Shown here: piece after piece, positions 1 to 11,800 of the stretch
Numbering within the stretch: the stretch's first letter is position 1
Layout of the letters: each line of letters begins with the position of its first letter
From: Ostreococcus lucimarinus
Lineage: Eukaryota
Direction: 5' to 3' (one strand)
NCBI GenBank assembly: GCA_000092065.1
Contig: CP000583.1
DNA length: 64,000 bases
Translations under genes and position numbers: made by a program
The notes under the pieces: generated by a model
What the model was told of the DNA's origin: nothing
The model's database searches: none
The model's input: the letters and a program-made list of their open reading frames with translations, nothing else

Positions 1-951
1 GGACTCTAAACTTGTCTCGATGAGATAAGCCGCGGCTTGAGTCACGTCGGTGGCGTGAACGCGATTGTGATAATCGTTGTCGCGATATTTCCTCTCAATG
101 TCTGCAATAAAGTTTGAGACAGAATTGCGATCCAAAGGTAAAGCATGAAACAAATTGAAACGGTCAAACAAACCCATACTAAGCGTTTGAAGCGGACCTT
201 TACGTCCGCGCTCGCACTCGCTGGCGAATTTGTAGATGTCGAACGACGTCCAACTCGTGTACATCGGATTCCTGCCTACATCGGCGAAAATTGTATTCAT
301 GGACCCTCCCGGACTGTCCTCATCTCGCACGCCTTCACTGCTCGCCCGCGAAGGTAAAGAAGCGGCAGAATGATTTTGGCTCTGGATGTGATTTCTTGGT
401 CCTCGCATCTCGATCGCCAACTGCGCCATGTTTTGCGCGAGCATGAGCGAGGAGTTGTCCGCCGTGAAAAACTGTTCGACGAAGCCTTTCGCGACTGGAT
501 CGAGCAGATCCACCGCCGCCTGTTTGCTCGCCAAACTTCCATGAATCTGTAAAATCAACGCGTTCGCTAAACTCAGCGCGTTGGCGATCGCCTGTAACGT
601 ATCTAATGGATCGCTATCTGAGCCGTGAGCGCGCTTGGAAGCTTCGAGGTCCACGAGACGGCGAACGGTGTGAAACATCGTGCGATACACCGAGTTCTCC
701 GCAGCCGTCGACGTCCCCGGAACGAATTCACCGGTTTCCTCGTCCGCGATGATCTCATCGATCGCCGCATCCACCAACGCTTTCTTCGAGTTTGTCATCG
801 TCGCGCCGGCGGCGGCTTGCCTGTACAGTTCGAGCGACCGTCTTCGAAGACTCTTTCGCCCCGGCGGTACCCGCGGGCTCGCGCTCGACGTCGCGAACTC
901 CGTCAGCGTATCGCGAGACTCATAATCATCCAATTCGCTCGACTGCGACAT
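1..951 (-). CDS. 3',5'-cyclic nucleotide phosphodiesterase (class I PDE, HD domain), partial: C-terminus lies beyond the window start
   Basis: Minus-strand frame is open from ATG at 949-951 to position 1; I checked every codon by hand and found no stop. Translation ends ...FIADIERKYRDNDYHNRVHATDVTQAAAYLIETSLES, which matches the PDEase_I signature YHNxxHAxDVxQ. An alternative upstream in-frame ATG is at 1129-1131 (MGFFRKKTST...). The ORF track omits it because no stop falls inside the window. Confidence 0.7.
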   Translation of the reverse strand, partial: MSQSSELDDYESRDTLTEFATSSASPRVPPGRKSLRRRSLELYRQAAAGATMTNSKKALVDAAIDEIIADEETGEFVPGTSTAAENSVYRTMFHTVRRLVDLEASKRAHGSDSDPLDTLQAIANALSLANALILQIHGSLASKQAAVDLLDPVAKGFVEQFFTADNSSLMLAQNMAQLAIEMRGPRNHIQSQNHSAASLPSRASSEGVRDEDSPGGSMNTIFADVGRNPMYTSWTSFDIYKFASECERGRKGPLQTLSMGLFDRFNLFHALPLDRNSVSNFIADIERKYRDNDYHNRVHATDVTQAAAYLIETSLES

Positions 952-1872
952 CCGCTCGGTCCCCACCGCCCGAGTCGACCCGTTCTCGCTCAGCTCCCCG
1001 CTCCGCGCGCCCTTCGGCGACGTCGTCCCGTCCGCGCCGTCCCGAAGCGACCGTCTCCCCTCCGCGCTCGCGTTCTCCCTCCCCTCGTCCGAAGACGCTC
1101 GCGTCGACGTCTTCTTTCGAAAAAACCCCATCTCGCGCCGTCCGCCTCGTCCTCACCGCCGCGCGCGCGTCCTCGAGCGATCTCCGGCCCGCCTCGCGAT
1201 GAATCCTCGATGAATCCCCGCGTCGCGTCGTTCGACGCCCCGCGATCCCGCGATCCCGCGATCCCGCGATCCCGCGATTCGCGTCGCCTCGCGCGTCGTC
1301 GACCGCCGCGTCGTCGTCCCTCCGTCGACGCGCGCGATGAAGTCCCGCGTCGCCGTCGCCGTCGCCGTCGCCGTCGCGCGCGGGATAAACCCTAAGCGAC
1401 GCTTCACGACGCTTCACTCATGGGCTTTATCATCGCTCGAATGCGACGAAAACCATACGAGATCCGATCGGGCGATCGCGCGCGCCGATCGACGCACACC
1501 CGCGTGTGCGAATCCCGCGCGCGCCGATCGACGCACACCCGCGTGTGCGAATCCCGCGCGCGCGATCGCCCGATCGGATCTCCCGCGCGAATCGGATCGC
1601 GTCGCGACGCGCGATCGATCTCATGGGCTCGAACATCGCGCGAACGCGAGGAAACCGACCGCGCGGGGATTTATATCATTTATATCGCGCCTCGCCCGCG
1701 CGCGCGCGCGTCCGACGTCGCGCGACAGGTCGCGACGCGCGACACGCGGATCGGATCGCGCGCGCGCCCGACGGTCGTCCGACGACGCGCGAACGAGGAC
1801 GACGCGCGACGCGCGAGACCGCGATCGAACGAGGACGCGCGAAGGATGCGCGCGGCGACGACGACGACGCCG
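952..1872. promoter_or_regulatory. GC/CpG-rich divergent spacer between the PDE gene (-) and the coproporphyrinogen oxidase gene (+); contains tandem repeats
   Basis: It lies between two outward-facing start codons. It contains (CGCGATCCCG)x4 at about 1231-1270, (GTCGCC)x4 at about 1347-1372, and a 39-nt tandem duplication at about 1476-1560. Confidence 0.5.
1476..1560. repeat. 39-nt direct tandem duplication (gcgcgccgatcgacgcacacccgcgtgtgcgaatcccgc x2)
   Basis: Two identical 39-mers visible in the sequence. In the track ORF they give [13 protein letters not shown] twice. The region is GC-rich and non-coding-like. Confidence 0.8.
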
Positions 1873-2991
1873 ATGTCGCGGGCGATGCGGGCAACCGGTG
1901 TGGATAAACCTCGCGCGGTGCGGGCGTCCGCGGTGCGGGCGCGAGCGACGCGGGGAGGCGCGACGCGCGCGCGGGCGGCGGCGCAAGGGATCGAACAGGA
2001 GGTGAAGATCGACGCGGCGCCGACGACGCTGCTGAGAGAGGGATCGGGCGAGGAGGGGGACGCGACGCAGATGCGGGCGAGGTTTGAGAAGATGATTCGC
2101 GCGGCGCAAAATGAGATTTGCGACGCGATCACGGCGTTGGATGGGAAGCCGTTTCACGAGGACGCGTGGACGCGACCGGGTGGTGGTGGTGGGATCTCGC
2201 GCGTGTTGCAAGATGGGAACGTGTTCGAAAAGGCTGGCGTGAACGTGTCGGTGGTGTACGGACAGATGCCGCCCGAGGCGTATCGGGCGGCGACGGGGGA
2301 GGAAGGCGCGTCTAAGGAGATGATTCCGTTCTTCGCGGCGGGTATTTCGAGTGTTATGCACCCGCATAATCCGATGGCGCCGACCGTTCACTTCAACTAC
2401 CGTTATTTCGAGACGGATGCCCCCAAGGGCTCCGCGGGCGCGCCGCGCGCGTGGTGGTTTGGCGGCGGCACGGATTTGACGCCGTCGTACATTTTCGACG
2501 AAGACGTCACGCACTTCCACCAAACTTTGAAGGATATCTGCGATAAGCACGATGGCGAGTTTTACCCGAAGTTCAAGCAATGGGCGGATGATTATTTCAT
2601 GATCAAGCACCGCGGCGAACGTCGCGGCGTCGGCGGCGTCTTCTTTGACGACATGAACGACCGCAGCAAGGATGAACTCCTCGCGTTCGCGACGGACATG
2701 GCGGGCGGTGTCGTCCCGGCGTACGTCCCGCTCGTCGCCAAGCACAAGGACGATGAGTTCACGCCCGAACAACGCGCCTGGCAACAAATGCGCCGCGGTC
2801 GCTACGTCGAGTTCAACCTCGTGTACGACCGCGGGACGACGTTCGGTTTGAAAACCGGCGGTCGCATCGAATCCATCCTCATGTCTCTCCCGCGCTACTG
2901 CGAGTGGCAATACGACCACGCGCCCGAAGCCGGTTCTCGCGAGGCCGACGCGCTCGACGCTTTCAAGAACCCGAGAACGTGGTGCGCGTAA
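1873..2991 (+). CDS. CPOX: coproporphyrinogen III oxidase, oxygen-dependent (HemF/CPOX)
   Basis: The track ORF 1420..2991 has the conserved HemF core ([39 protein letters not shown]...[30 protein letters not shown]). The 5' part of the ORF is GC-rich junk. In-frame ATGs at 1846 and 1873 ([29 protein letters not shown]...) give an Arg/Ala-rich extension that looks like a targeting peptide. Start choice is uncertain. Confidence 0.85.
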   Translation: MSRAMRATGVDKPRAVRASAVRARATRGGATRARAAAQGIEQEVKIDAAPTTLLREGSGEEGDATQMRARFEKMIRAAQNEICDAITALDGKPFHEDAWTRPGGGGGISRVLQDGNVFEKAGVNVSVVYGQMPPEAYRAATGEEGASKEMIPFFAAGISSVMHPHNPMAPTVHFNYRYFETDAPKGSAGAPRAWWFGGGTDLTPSYIFDEDVTHFHQTLKDICDKHDGEFYPKFKQWADDYFMIKHRGERRGVGGVFFDDMNDRSKDELLAFATDMAGGVVPAYVPLVAKHKDDEFTPEQRAWQQMRRGRYVEFNLVYDRGTTFGLKTGGRIESILMSLPRYCEWQYDHAPEAGSREADALDAFKNPRTWCA

Positions 2992-3393
2992 GCGCGCCTC
3001 GTCCCTCGAGCGCGTGCTCTCTTAGTTTCGCCTCGTTCCGTCGTCGCGTCGACGCGCGTCGACGCGCCGCCTGCCGAGGCCCCTTTACGCACCATTCAAT
3101 CATTCAAACGACGAAGATTCGAGTTTTAAAATCGAAATCAGAATTCACTCCCGTCGTCCCCGCGTCTCGCGCCCTCTCTCGCCGTCTCGCCCTCGTCCTC
3201 GCGCTCGCCCGCGGGCCACCGGTGGCTCGAGCCTCCGCCTCGCGCCGCGTCGCGTTCCGCACTCCTCCGCGCGCGCGACGTCCGCGCGCTCGACGCCGTC
3301 GCCGAAGAACGTCGACGCGAACGCGCGCGACTTCGTTCGCGCTTTCATCGACACGCACCGAGCTTCGACGCGCGGCGTCGAGCGTCGATCGCG

Positions 3394-4266
3394 ATGGGCG
3401 GAGACTCGTTGGTCGTCACCCCCACGGGAGAGCTTCCGTTTCAGTGTGCGTGCGAACGACGCGCGAGCGCGCGGACGACGCGACGAGACGACGCGCGCGA
3501 CGCGCGCGCGAGAGACGGGATCGCGCGGCGACGCGCGACGCGAACGAGACGGTCGAAGGCGTTCGATCGCGAAGAGATCTTTGAATTTCAAAGTGGATTA
3601 TCGGAGACGCGGACGCGCGAGGCGCGCGTGTGATCGACGCGGTGACGAGGGAAGACGGGAGACTGACGATGAATCGATGAATGCGATGTTTCGCGAAACG
3701 CAGTCGAACTTAGAAAGCAGTGCGCGGCTGAACTGGTGTTGAAGAACCCCACGGGGGCGAAGCAGGCGTTCAAGGTGAAGACGACTTCGCCGAAGAAGTA
3801 TTGCGTCAAGCCAAACACTGGAATCGTCGAGCCCGGGGCCGAGATTAAGGTGACGGTGATGATGCAGGCGCATCGAGAGATGCCGGCGGACTTCAACGCG
3901 TGCAAGGATAAGTTTCTGATCCAATCGACGCCTAGCGGAGACTCTTCGGATATGACTGAGTTGTTCTCGCGACCGCCTACGAGTATCTCCGAGACTCGAC
4001 TTCGCGTGAAGTACGTCATGAGTGGTAAGACCGCGGCGATGGCCGAAGAGGTTACTCTTGCGCCGCCGCCGGCGAACGAGAGCGCGGAGCAGGAGCGGGC
4101 GCGCTTGCAGCGCGATGTGGCTCTCTTGCAGTCGCGAAACAAGGCGCTGGCGAACGACATGAATCTGATGATGAAGAAGGGCGGTAAGAGCATCGTTAAG
4201 GGTTTTACTTTGCTTCACATCTTACTCACGGCCATCTTGGCTTTCGTGCTCGGTCGTTATTTGTAA
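3394..4266 (+). CDS. VAP (VAMP-associated protein, MSP domain + coiled coil + C-terminal TM), two exons: 3394..3445 and 3704..4266
   Basis: Exon 1 is ATG at 3394 encoding MGGDSLVVTPTGELPFQ plus one nt, with donor GTGCGT at 3446. Exon 2 follows acceptor CAG at 3701-3703. The spliced product ...ELPFQFELRKQCAAELVLKNPTGAKQAFKVKTTSPKKYCVKPNTGIVEPG reproduces the plant VAP/MSP motif ELxFxFELxKQxxCxLxLxNxT...VAFKVKTTxPKKYCVRPN. Track ORF 3736.. begins with GTG, not ATG, and an in-frame stop at 3670 rules out a single exon. Confidence 0.85.
3446..3703 (+). other. intron (258 nt, GTGCGT...CAG, phase 1) of the VAP gene
   Basis: Removing it restores the contiguous MSP-domain motif. Track ORF 3446..3742 starts exactly at the donor GTG and is an artefact. 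Confidence 0.8.
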
Positions 4267-4387
4267 TCTCGAAATGTAGAAACGCCACTCAGAGTTGTGA
4301 CAATGAAAAAAGGTTTGCATTTATATTGAAACAAGCGCGCTTCTATGAATCAAAAGATAGAAGAAAAGATACACAAGACTGAAAAGA

Positions 4388-5938
4388 TTACAACCCGAGC
4401 TGCACGCGCGACTCGGATGATATTTCGTCGACATCTTCGGTTGACGCCTCTTCATCAGAGGTGTTGCCGATCGAGGTGTCGAGTAAACCGGTTTCGTCGC
4501 GCATGCGCTGAACGAAAATTCTGAACGACTCGAAAGCGAACGGACTGAAAAGCTCGGCGTTGAATCTCAAAAACGTGAAACAGGCCATCGGAGGAAGCAT
4601 TGTGCCCTCTCGCCACATTTCCTCGTCGTTGCCCTCTCCAGCGCAATTTTTGATGATTTTATCATACGCTGCCTGATCGAATCGACAGAGCGCGTTTTCG
4701 CCCGCGAAAGGGACATCGAATCGCGCACACGCTGAGCGAATCTGGCGCAATAAACCCTCGGGTCCGCAATAGCAGTACCACGGATGATCGCTGTCGTGCA
4801 TCTCGACACACGTAAAGTTCAAGCGAGCGCCGTGCTTCTTGCAAACTCTCACGATCGGGGCGTAGCCATCGCGTTCGGAAACAAATTCCCCGGCACGAGT
4901 GTTGAAATATCCAGCGGTAAGCTCTGCGGCGTGTGAACGAACGTTATACCACCAATGCACTCCTGCACATTTAATGGCGAGCGTCACTCCGCGTTTATCA
5001 AAGACTCGCTTCGTCATCTCGAGCATCCGATCGCCGTGGTTAACGAGTTCGCTCGAGTACCAAGACAAGAAGAACGATCCATATTCAGAGTCCCAACTAC
5101 CTCCGTCGTAACGAAAGAAACCGGTCTCAAAGGGTAGGTTGTTGTATCCGCCGGTGTCGTGCGGGCCCGATCCGCCCCACTCAATGTGTCCAGCCTCCGA
5201 CGCCGCGCGAGAGAGAGACAGAAGAGAGCGTTGATCGTAACATTGAAATTCACCAATACCGGGAAATCGCCATTGCGATGCTTTTTGCGCAAATCTGTTC
5301 TCTGGATACGCAGGATACCGCAACTCGCCGCATGGTCCGCAGCCGACGGCGATTTCAGTCAGCGTCGTTCCGAGCTCAGCCTTGAAGGTGTTTCTAAAAC
5401 TAATCATGAAGTCCTTGTACGTATTCATCGGTGTTCGTCCGGCCAACGTCGCGGCGTTGTCGGCCCAAAGCGAAATACACTCCGGATTCCGATAGCCGTA
5501 CTGATCGGTGAAGAACAAGTCTGGGTCCTTCTTCCCCGCTTCGAGCACCCAGTCGGGCAAAGGAATTTCCACGACGTCTCCAACGTTCGCCCCGCACGCG
5601 TGAAACGACATCACCGCCTGTACTTTCAAACCAGCGTCTTTTATCATGTCGATAACTTCTCTATACGCCGCCCAGTCGTACTTTCGCGGACCGTCGCGTT
5701 CGACGATGCCCCACCACACGTCGATCATCACGCCCTCGACTCCAATTTCGCTCAGCGCGCGCAACCCACGCTCGAGCGCCTCGGGATCGTTCACCTCACC
5801 ATCATTCGTCACCACGTTTAAAGGAAGCATCACGTACACCGGCACCGGCTTTCGCACGTACTTTGGCTCGAACGAATCCGCCGCCGCGCGTCCCACCTCC
5901 GCCGCGTCCCTCCCGTCGAACGCGCGCGTCCGCGTCAT
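4388..5938 (-). CDS. beta-amylase (glycoside hydrolase family 14)
   Basis: Track ORF 4388..6103. The GH14 core is unmistakable (PVYVMLPL...GVMIDVWWGIVE...ECISLWAD...GCGPCGELRYPAYPE...). I place the start at ATG 5936-5938 (MTRTRAFDGRD...), confirmed by 'cat' on the plus strand. The upstream part of the ORF is GC-rich. There is an acidic C-terminal tail. Confidence 0.9.
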   Translation of the reverse strand: MTRTRAFDGRDAAEVGRAAADSFEPKYVRKPVPVYVMLPLNVVTNDGEVNDPEALERGLRALSEIGVEGVMIDVWWGIVERDGPRKYDWAAYREVIDMIKDAGLKVQAVMSFHACGANVGDVVEIPLPDWVLEAGKKDPDLFFTDQYGYRNPECISLWADNAATLAGRTPMNTYKDFMISFRNTFKAELGTTLTEIAVGCGPCGELRYPAYPENRFAQKASQWRFPGIGEFQCYDQRSLLSLSRAASEAGHIEWGGSGPHDTGGYNNLPFETGFFRYDGGSWDSEYGSFFLSWYSSELVNHGDRMLEMTKRVFDKRGVTLAIKCAGVHWWYNVRSHAAELTAGYFNTRAGEFVSERDGYAPIVRVCKKHGARLNFTCVEMHDSDHPWYCYCGPEGLLRQIRSACARFDVPFAGENALCRFDQAAYDKIIKNCAGEGNDEEMWREGTMLPPMACFTFLRFNAELFSPFAFESFRIFVQRMRDETGLLDTSIGNTSDEEASTEDVDEISSESRVQLGL

Positions 5939-6919
5939 CGTCTCCCGTCGCCCCACCCCAGATCGTCGCTCGACCCACGCGCGTCGTCCGACTCCGCGCT
6001 CGCGTCGCGCGAGTCCTCCTCGCCGTTCGCGCCGCGCGTCCGCGCGCGTCGCGTTCGAAGACGTCCCCGCCGCGCCCACCATTTCCGCCCCCATCGCCCG
6101 CATCCCTCCGTCGCTCGCGCTTCCGACGTCCCCGATTCACCGTCGCGTCCTCGCGCGCCGTTCGGTCGCGCGCGCGTCGCGCTTGCCCTCGCCTATCGCG
6201 CGAGCACCGCGTCGATCCCACGAATTCGCGCGTCCGACGACGATTGAATGCGCGGGAAACCTCGTCGTCGTCGCGTCGCGTCGCGCGCGTCCGCGCCCGC
6301 GCGTCGCGGACCCGTCGTCGCGGCGACCGCGATCGTCGCGCGCCTATCGCGCGAGCCGCGAGGCGTCCGCGATCGGCGCGCGCGTCTCTGGCGCGCGCGC
6401 GCGTCGACCGCGGTCGGCACCCGTCGCGATCGTCGGACTGTTTGCCCATAGGAAGGGACGTCCCGACGACGACGCCGTCGTCGGCGCGCGCGCGGCGCGA
6501 CTCGCCGACGCGCGCGCGCCGATCGCCGCATGGAGCCGGCGACGCTGACGGTCCTCGCGATCTGCGCGCTCGCGGGCGCGAAACTGTCCGTCGGGGGGTA
6601 CCTCGCGTGGACGCATCGCGGCGCGTGTCGACGCGAGCGCGGCGGACGCGCGGGCGCGGACGCGCGCGAGGAGGACGCGCGCGAGGACGCGAAGGCGGCG
6701 TGATTCGACGCGCGGGGATCGATCGGGGGCGCGGTCGGTCGGAACGCGCGCGCGCGCGCGCGCGCGGTGTGTTCGCGCTGGGAGTTTCGAGGGACGGTTG
6801 AATTAATCTCGTCGTCGTCGGCGCCGCGAGAAGAGACGCGCGCGCGCGGCGCGAGCGACGGGAGACGATGGGATGGACGGGAAGTTTGAGCGATTTTGCT
6901 ACTAAACGCTCGCTAGAGG

Positions 6920-8770
6920 TCATCGGACGCCGACGGAGACGATGTCCCACACGAGACGCCGACGGAAATATTCCATGTGTTTCTGGGAAAACGCGAGTTC
7001 GGCGCCGGCGGAGAGGTAGTCAGCGTATTTGATCATGAAGACGCCGCAATCGCATCCGTTCTTTTGCAGGGGGATGTCTTTGGGGTAGGCTTCGATCCAC
7101 TCGTCCGGGTCCCAGTCCTCGTTGAGTTTATTCTTTGCCTCGTCGATGAGCCAACGCTTGAGATTCTTCACCGCGACGCCGCTCTCGCCGAGGAGAGAGT
7201 CGTAGTAACTGATGCGCTTCTTGCGCGTATCGATCTCAGCGAGCACCCAGTGTACGGATTGATGAATCGGTACGAAGATTTTTTCGCAGCGCAACACGTC
7301 GTACTTGAGCTTCTTCGGCAACGTCCATCTTCGGACGTTCGAGTAGTCGTACATGTTGCTATCCTGGTACAACTTGTTGATGAAAAAGGTGCTGAAAAAG
7401 TGCACCTTTGGCTGCGTCTCTCCTTTGGGCATACTATTTATGGCGCGTTGAGACAGCAAACCGATGGCAAAATTTGCAACCTCGTCGTTCAACCACGTGC
7501 CCGTCTTCAGAGTGGCAATGTCTTTTCCAGTGGCGTCGAGTGCACCCTGACCGACGAACGAACCGCTCGCTAAGATCTGCGTCGACGGCGCTCGCAACGC
7601 ATCTTGAACAGCTTCGAGCTGAGCCGCGGTGAGCGGCTTGAGGAACTTTTTAGCGGCCTTTTCGCGCTCTCGTCGCCTCTTGTGTTCCTCAGCCTCGACG
7701 CTCAGGCGCGAGAGTTGTTCCTCTAACCCGCTCGAAGTGGACGCAGAGAGCACTTGGTTCAACTTCTCTCGCCTGATTCTCAACGTTTCTTGCATATCAC
7801 GAATTGTTGCCGCATGCTTTGCCGAGAGCGATTCCGTCGGCGCGGTCGCCGCGTCGCGGCGGCTGGCGCGGTCCTTCTCTAAAGCCGCTCTTTGCGAACG
7901 TCCGGCGAGCGTTCCGTTCTCATGAGACGCGATCAACGCCTTGTAGTCTGACAAACCTTTCGGATCGTCCCACTTGCGCGTGTTGACGTACTTTTTGAAC
8001 GCATCTCCGAAAATATTGACCTTTTCGAACCGCTTAAACGTCGCGGCGCCGCCAAATCCTCGCTCGACGTCGCGCCCGTTCGAATCTTCCAAAACGCGCG
8101 CGTCTCTCATCCCACTCTGCGTTGTCCCCATGATGACGTCCCCGTACCCTCTATATACTACAGCACCACCGATCTCACTTCGCACCGACGTCCCACCCGG
8201 TTTGCCAAACGCGCTCGCCGTCCTTCTCCACGCCGCGTCCCGTCTGGCCTCTCGCGCAAACGTTGACCCCGTCCCTCCGCCCTCCAGCGATCGATCGCGC
8301 CCACTCCCCCCCACAACGTCGTCAAACAATCCAAAACGTCTCGGCGGCGTCGAATACGGATGCGCACGCGCGTATGCCACGCGTTCGCTCCAAGGACTCG
8401 TTCGCTGCAGCGCCCCGCCCGGGACGAGCACCGGCGTCGCGTGATCGATCTCTCCCGACCTCGCCGCGGCGCGTCCGTGATCTCGCTCGAGCGCCTCTAG
8501 CGTAGAAATCGTCCTCTCGCCCGTCTGTCGATCGCGCGCGAGCCCGTCGCGGGCGTACGTCGTCGTCAGGGGATCTTTAAACACCGCGCTGCGCGGGTTC
8601 AAGTGGTGCTCGTGACGCGCGAGAATGTCGTCGCGCACGCTACCTCGAGCGCTCGCCGGCGCGTTCTCGTCGAACGGTCGATGCGATCGTGACATTCGCA
8701 CGCGTCGTGCGCGAGCACGGGACGCGGGACGCGCGCAGTGAGCGTCGCGGGACTCGAAGTGTGGGATCAT
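6920..8770 (-). CDS. Ulp1/SENP-type SUMO protease (peptidase C48)
   Basis: The C-terminal catalytic domain has the H...D...C triad context (IHQSVHWVLAEID...YYDSLLG...QKNGCDCGVFMIKYADYL). ATG at 8768-8770 checked; alternative ATG at 8695. The N-terminal half is low-complexity. Confidence 0.8.
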   Translation of the reverse strand: MIPHFESRDAHCARPASRARARRVRMSRSHRPFDENAPASARGSVRDDILARHEHHLNPRSAVFKDPLTTTYARDGLARDRQTGERTISTLEALERDHGRAAARSGEIDHATPVLVPGGALQRTSPWSERVAYARAHPYSTPPRRFGLFDDVVGGSGRDRSLEGGGTGSTFAREARRDAAWRRTASAFGKPGGTSVRSEIGGAVVYRGYGDVIMGTTQSGMRDARVLEDSNGRDVERGFGGAATFKRFEKVNIFGDAFKKYVNTRKWDDPKGLSDYKALIASHENGTLAGRSQRAALEKDRASRRDAATAPTESLSAKHAATIRDMQETLRIRREKLNQVLSASTSSGLEEQLSRLSVEAEEHKRRREREKAAKKFLKPLTAAQLEAVQDALRAPSTQILASGSFVGQGALDATGKDIATLKTGTWLNDEVANFAIGLLSQRAINSMPKGETQPKVHFFSTFFINKLYQDSNMYDYSNVRRWTLPKKLKYDVLRCEKIFVPIHQSVHWVLAEIDTRKKRISYYDSLLGESGVAVKNLKRWLIDEAKNKLNEDWDPDEWIEAYPKDIPLQKNGCDCGVFMIKYADYLSAGAELAFSQKHMEYFRRRLVWDIVSVGVR

Positions 8771-8898
8771 CGTCCTGTCTTGTATGGGCGTCCGCTCGGC
8801 GACGGGGCGCGACGCGAGCGAGGACGTGGATGTGACGTGGATTGTGCAATATTCTGATTCGTGTTATTATGAGAAATGCTTCAGTTGCAGCGCTCAAA

Positions 8899-11800
8899 TC
8901 ACAGCTTGAGCCTATCGCGAATGAGTTCAGCGATGGAGTCCTCTCCGGGACCGATATCCTTGAAGGCGTCGAGAACTTCAACGATGACGTCTTGGCGGCG
9001 CTTCCACTTCGGGCTTCCCTTGTTCACACCCGTGGTGCTGAAGGTGCGCAAGACATCCACAGCGGCGGATGGCGTGAGCCCAGTCAAGAGAGTCGCGGCG
9101 AGTTTCACATCAGGTTCGGGTTTGTCTTCCGGCTTCTCCACGCCCGGGCGCGCGCCGAACCCGAGGCTCGCACGGCGAACAATGCTCACTTGTTCTTCAA
9201 TCTCCAATCCAGCATAAATAACCTTCGCAGTCTTGACGTTGCGGTTTGCAACGACGCGGAGGATTTCGACCCCGTTGTACACAACGCTTCGCAGGTAGTA
9301 CGGAAGGACGAATTCAGCGACACCAACCATGCGACCGGGCTCGGACATGTTAACCAAACCGATGGCGGCTTCGGCGTCTCCAAGGTTCTCCACCATAATG
9401 TCAATCAACGTCGCAGCACGGGTCAAATCGAGACCCATGAGCGCTTCAGCGCCTCGGGTATCTTTTGCGCGCCACAAAGCAGCTAGGGCTGTCGCCGCAG
9501 CTTCCACGTTGGCTGCTCCTTGAAGGATCAACGTTGCGGCGATCGGATCTTCGTCTTCAGAGAGCTCGAGGACAACCTCTTCGATTTCCTCCTTGGATGC
9601 GCTCTTTTCAAGTCGCTTTTGCAAACGAGATGCACGCTCATCGGTGACTTCGTTGTCCGGCTTTGACGCGGCTTCAGCTTGTTCGGCCGCGCGCTCCGCG
9701 GCGGCTGCAGCGTCCGCCTTTGCCTTTGCCTCAGCGGCTACGGCTTCCGCCTTTGCCTTGGCCTGTGCATCCGCCTTGGTCTTGGCCTGTGCATCCGCCT
9801 TTGCCTTGGCCTCTGCATCCGCCTTTGCCTTGGCCTCTGCATCCGCCTTTGCCTTGGCCTCTGCATCCGCCTTTGCCTTGGCCTCTGCCTCTGCCTTGGC
9901 GTCCGCCTTGGCTTTGGCCTCTGCCTCTGCCTTGGCTTTGGCCTCTGCCTCTGCCTTGGCCTTGGCGTCCGCCTTGGCTTTGGCCTCGGCATCCGCCTTT
10001 GCCTTGGCTTCAGCATCCGCCTTTGCCTTAGCCGCCTTCGCCTCTTCTTCAGCCTTACGCTTCGCTAATTCGGCTTCCTTTCGCTTCGCTTCCTCAGCAG
10101 CCTTCTGAGCTTTCGCAGCCTCCTCCTGCGCCTTGGCTTCCGCCTTGCGACGTTCTTCCGCCTCCTTCTCAGCGCGACGCTTCGCCTCGGCAGCCTCCTT
10201 CTCAGCTTGCTTTCTCTTCTCTTCTTGTTCCTTCTCGAGACGCTTCTTCTCCTCCTCAGCTCGTTTGGCAGCCGCCTTAGCGTCCTCGTCAGCTTTTTTC
10301 TTGGCGCGCGCAGCTTCCTCCTCAGCTTGCTTGGCCTTTGCCGCAGCTTCCTTCTCAGCTTGTTCTTTGGCGCGGCGCTGCTCTTCAGCTTGACGCTTCA
10401 AGTCTTCTGCTTGCTTTTTGGAGTCCTTCTTCGCTGCTTCAGCCGCCTTGCGACGGCTTTCCTCTTCGTCGAGGGCCAATTGCTTGCGTCTTTCCGAAGC
10501 AGCCACGCGCTCGGCCTCCGCCGCTGCAGTTGCAATTCGTAACTCCTCCGCGCGTTCAGCAGCTGCGACGGCTTCAAGACGACGGGATTCTTCGAAGCTG
10601 ATCGTCGAAGATTCTTTGAACAAAACGCCCTCAGTTTCGGTCTGGTTGAAAAATCTACGAGTGTCCTCGTCTTGTCTAGCGGCCCACTCTGAATCTCTCC
10701 TGCTCAAAGTTTCTGCGTTCCATGCAAGACGTCGAGCATCAATTTCAGCGATGATGGCGGCGAGCTCGGCTTCGAGCTGCTTGATACGCATCTCAGCCAC
10801 CTTTCTACGGGCGTCTTCCTCTTCACGTAGAGCTCGCTCGGCACGAACAGCTGCGTCAGCTTCCGCGCAGACAGCAGCGTGACGTCCATCTTCATTGTGA
10901 GTTCTAGTCTGCTCCTCCGTCACGGTGCGTTCAATGGACATCTGGGACTGAGCACGGCGCGCCTTAAACTCTTCGTAGTTGGCCGCTGCAGTCTTTTCGA
11001 GAGCTTGCAATTCGGGAATGAGGATTTGAAGTTGCGACTCCATCTGCGTAATAGTAGCGTTGAGATTCTGCATCATGTTGTCGATAGCAATAGGCGAAGC
11101 AGCGGCAAGTCGCCGCGCATCTTCCTTACGTTGTCTCTCCTCCATCATCTTCCTGAACTCGGCGCGACGAGCTTCCTCGGCGTTGAACAAAGCCTTGATC
11201 TTCGCCGCAAAGTCGTCAATCTCTTTCTGCTTGCGCTCGCACTGCGCGTCAAAATCAGCTCTTCGTTGTTTCTCAGCGGCCTCCTTTTGCGCGATGGCGT
11301 CGGCAGCTTGCTTACGGCGCATCTCCTCTTGAGTCTGTAAGAACTCCTCCTTGGCTTCAAGTTCCGCTCGGAACTTGTCGAGAATGTCCGGCAGTTCATC
11401 ACGGAATCGGTCGCGTCTAGCGTCCTCTTTCGCGATAATATCGTCGTCGATGGCCTTTTGATCGGCAATCTTCTTGTCCATCGCCTTGCGTCGGGCTTCT
11501 TCTTCGGCACGGCGCATGGCTTCGTCGCGCACAAGCTTCTTGAGCTCTTCACGCATTTGCAGCAGCTTGGCGTCTTCTCTCAGGCGCTCGGCCGCATCTT
11601 CCGCGCGAAGACGTTCATCTTCGGCTATAGCTTCTTCACGAGACTTTCTGAACTCCGTGACTCTTTGCGCTTCAGCCTCAAGTGCAGCCTTGGCGGCGGC
11701 ATCAGCTTCGCGTCGACGACGTTCCAAGTCGCGAATGAAATCGTCAATTTCTTGACGCTTTCTGGACACCTCATTCGCATGATCTTCACGTCTGCGTTCT

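Noticed and set aside
2904-3591. ORFs 2904..3584 (+) and 3145..3591 (-) downstream of CPOX
   Set aside because: GC-rich 3' spacer and VAP promoter. There is no motif, both strands are open, and they overlap the real VAP exon 1 in other frames.
5646-6950. Long overlapping ORFs on both strands (5646..6548 +, 5863..6801 +, 5802..6950 -) encoding R/A/P/S-rich proteins
   Set aside because: The region is 75-80% GC low-complexity spacer between the beta-amylase start and the Ulp1 3' end. Stop codons are AT-rich and absent by composition, all frames are open, and no domain-like sequence is present.
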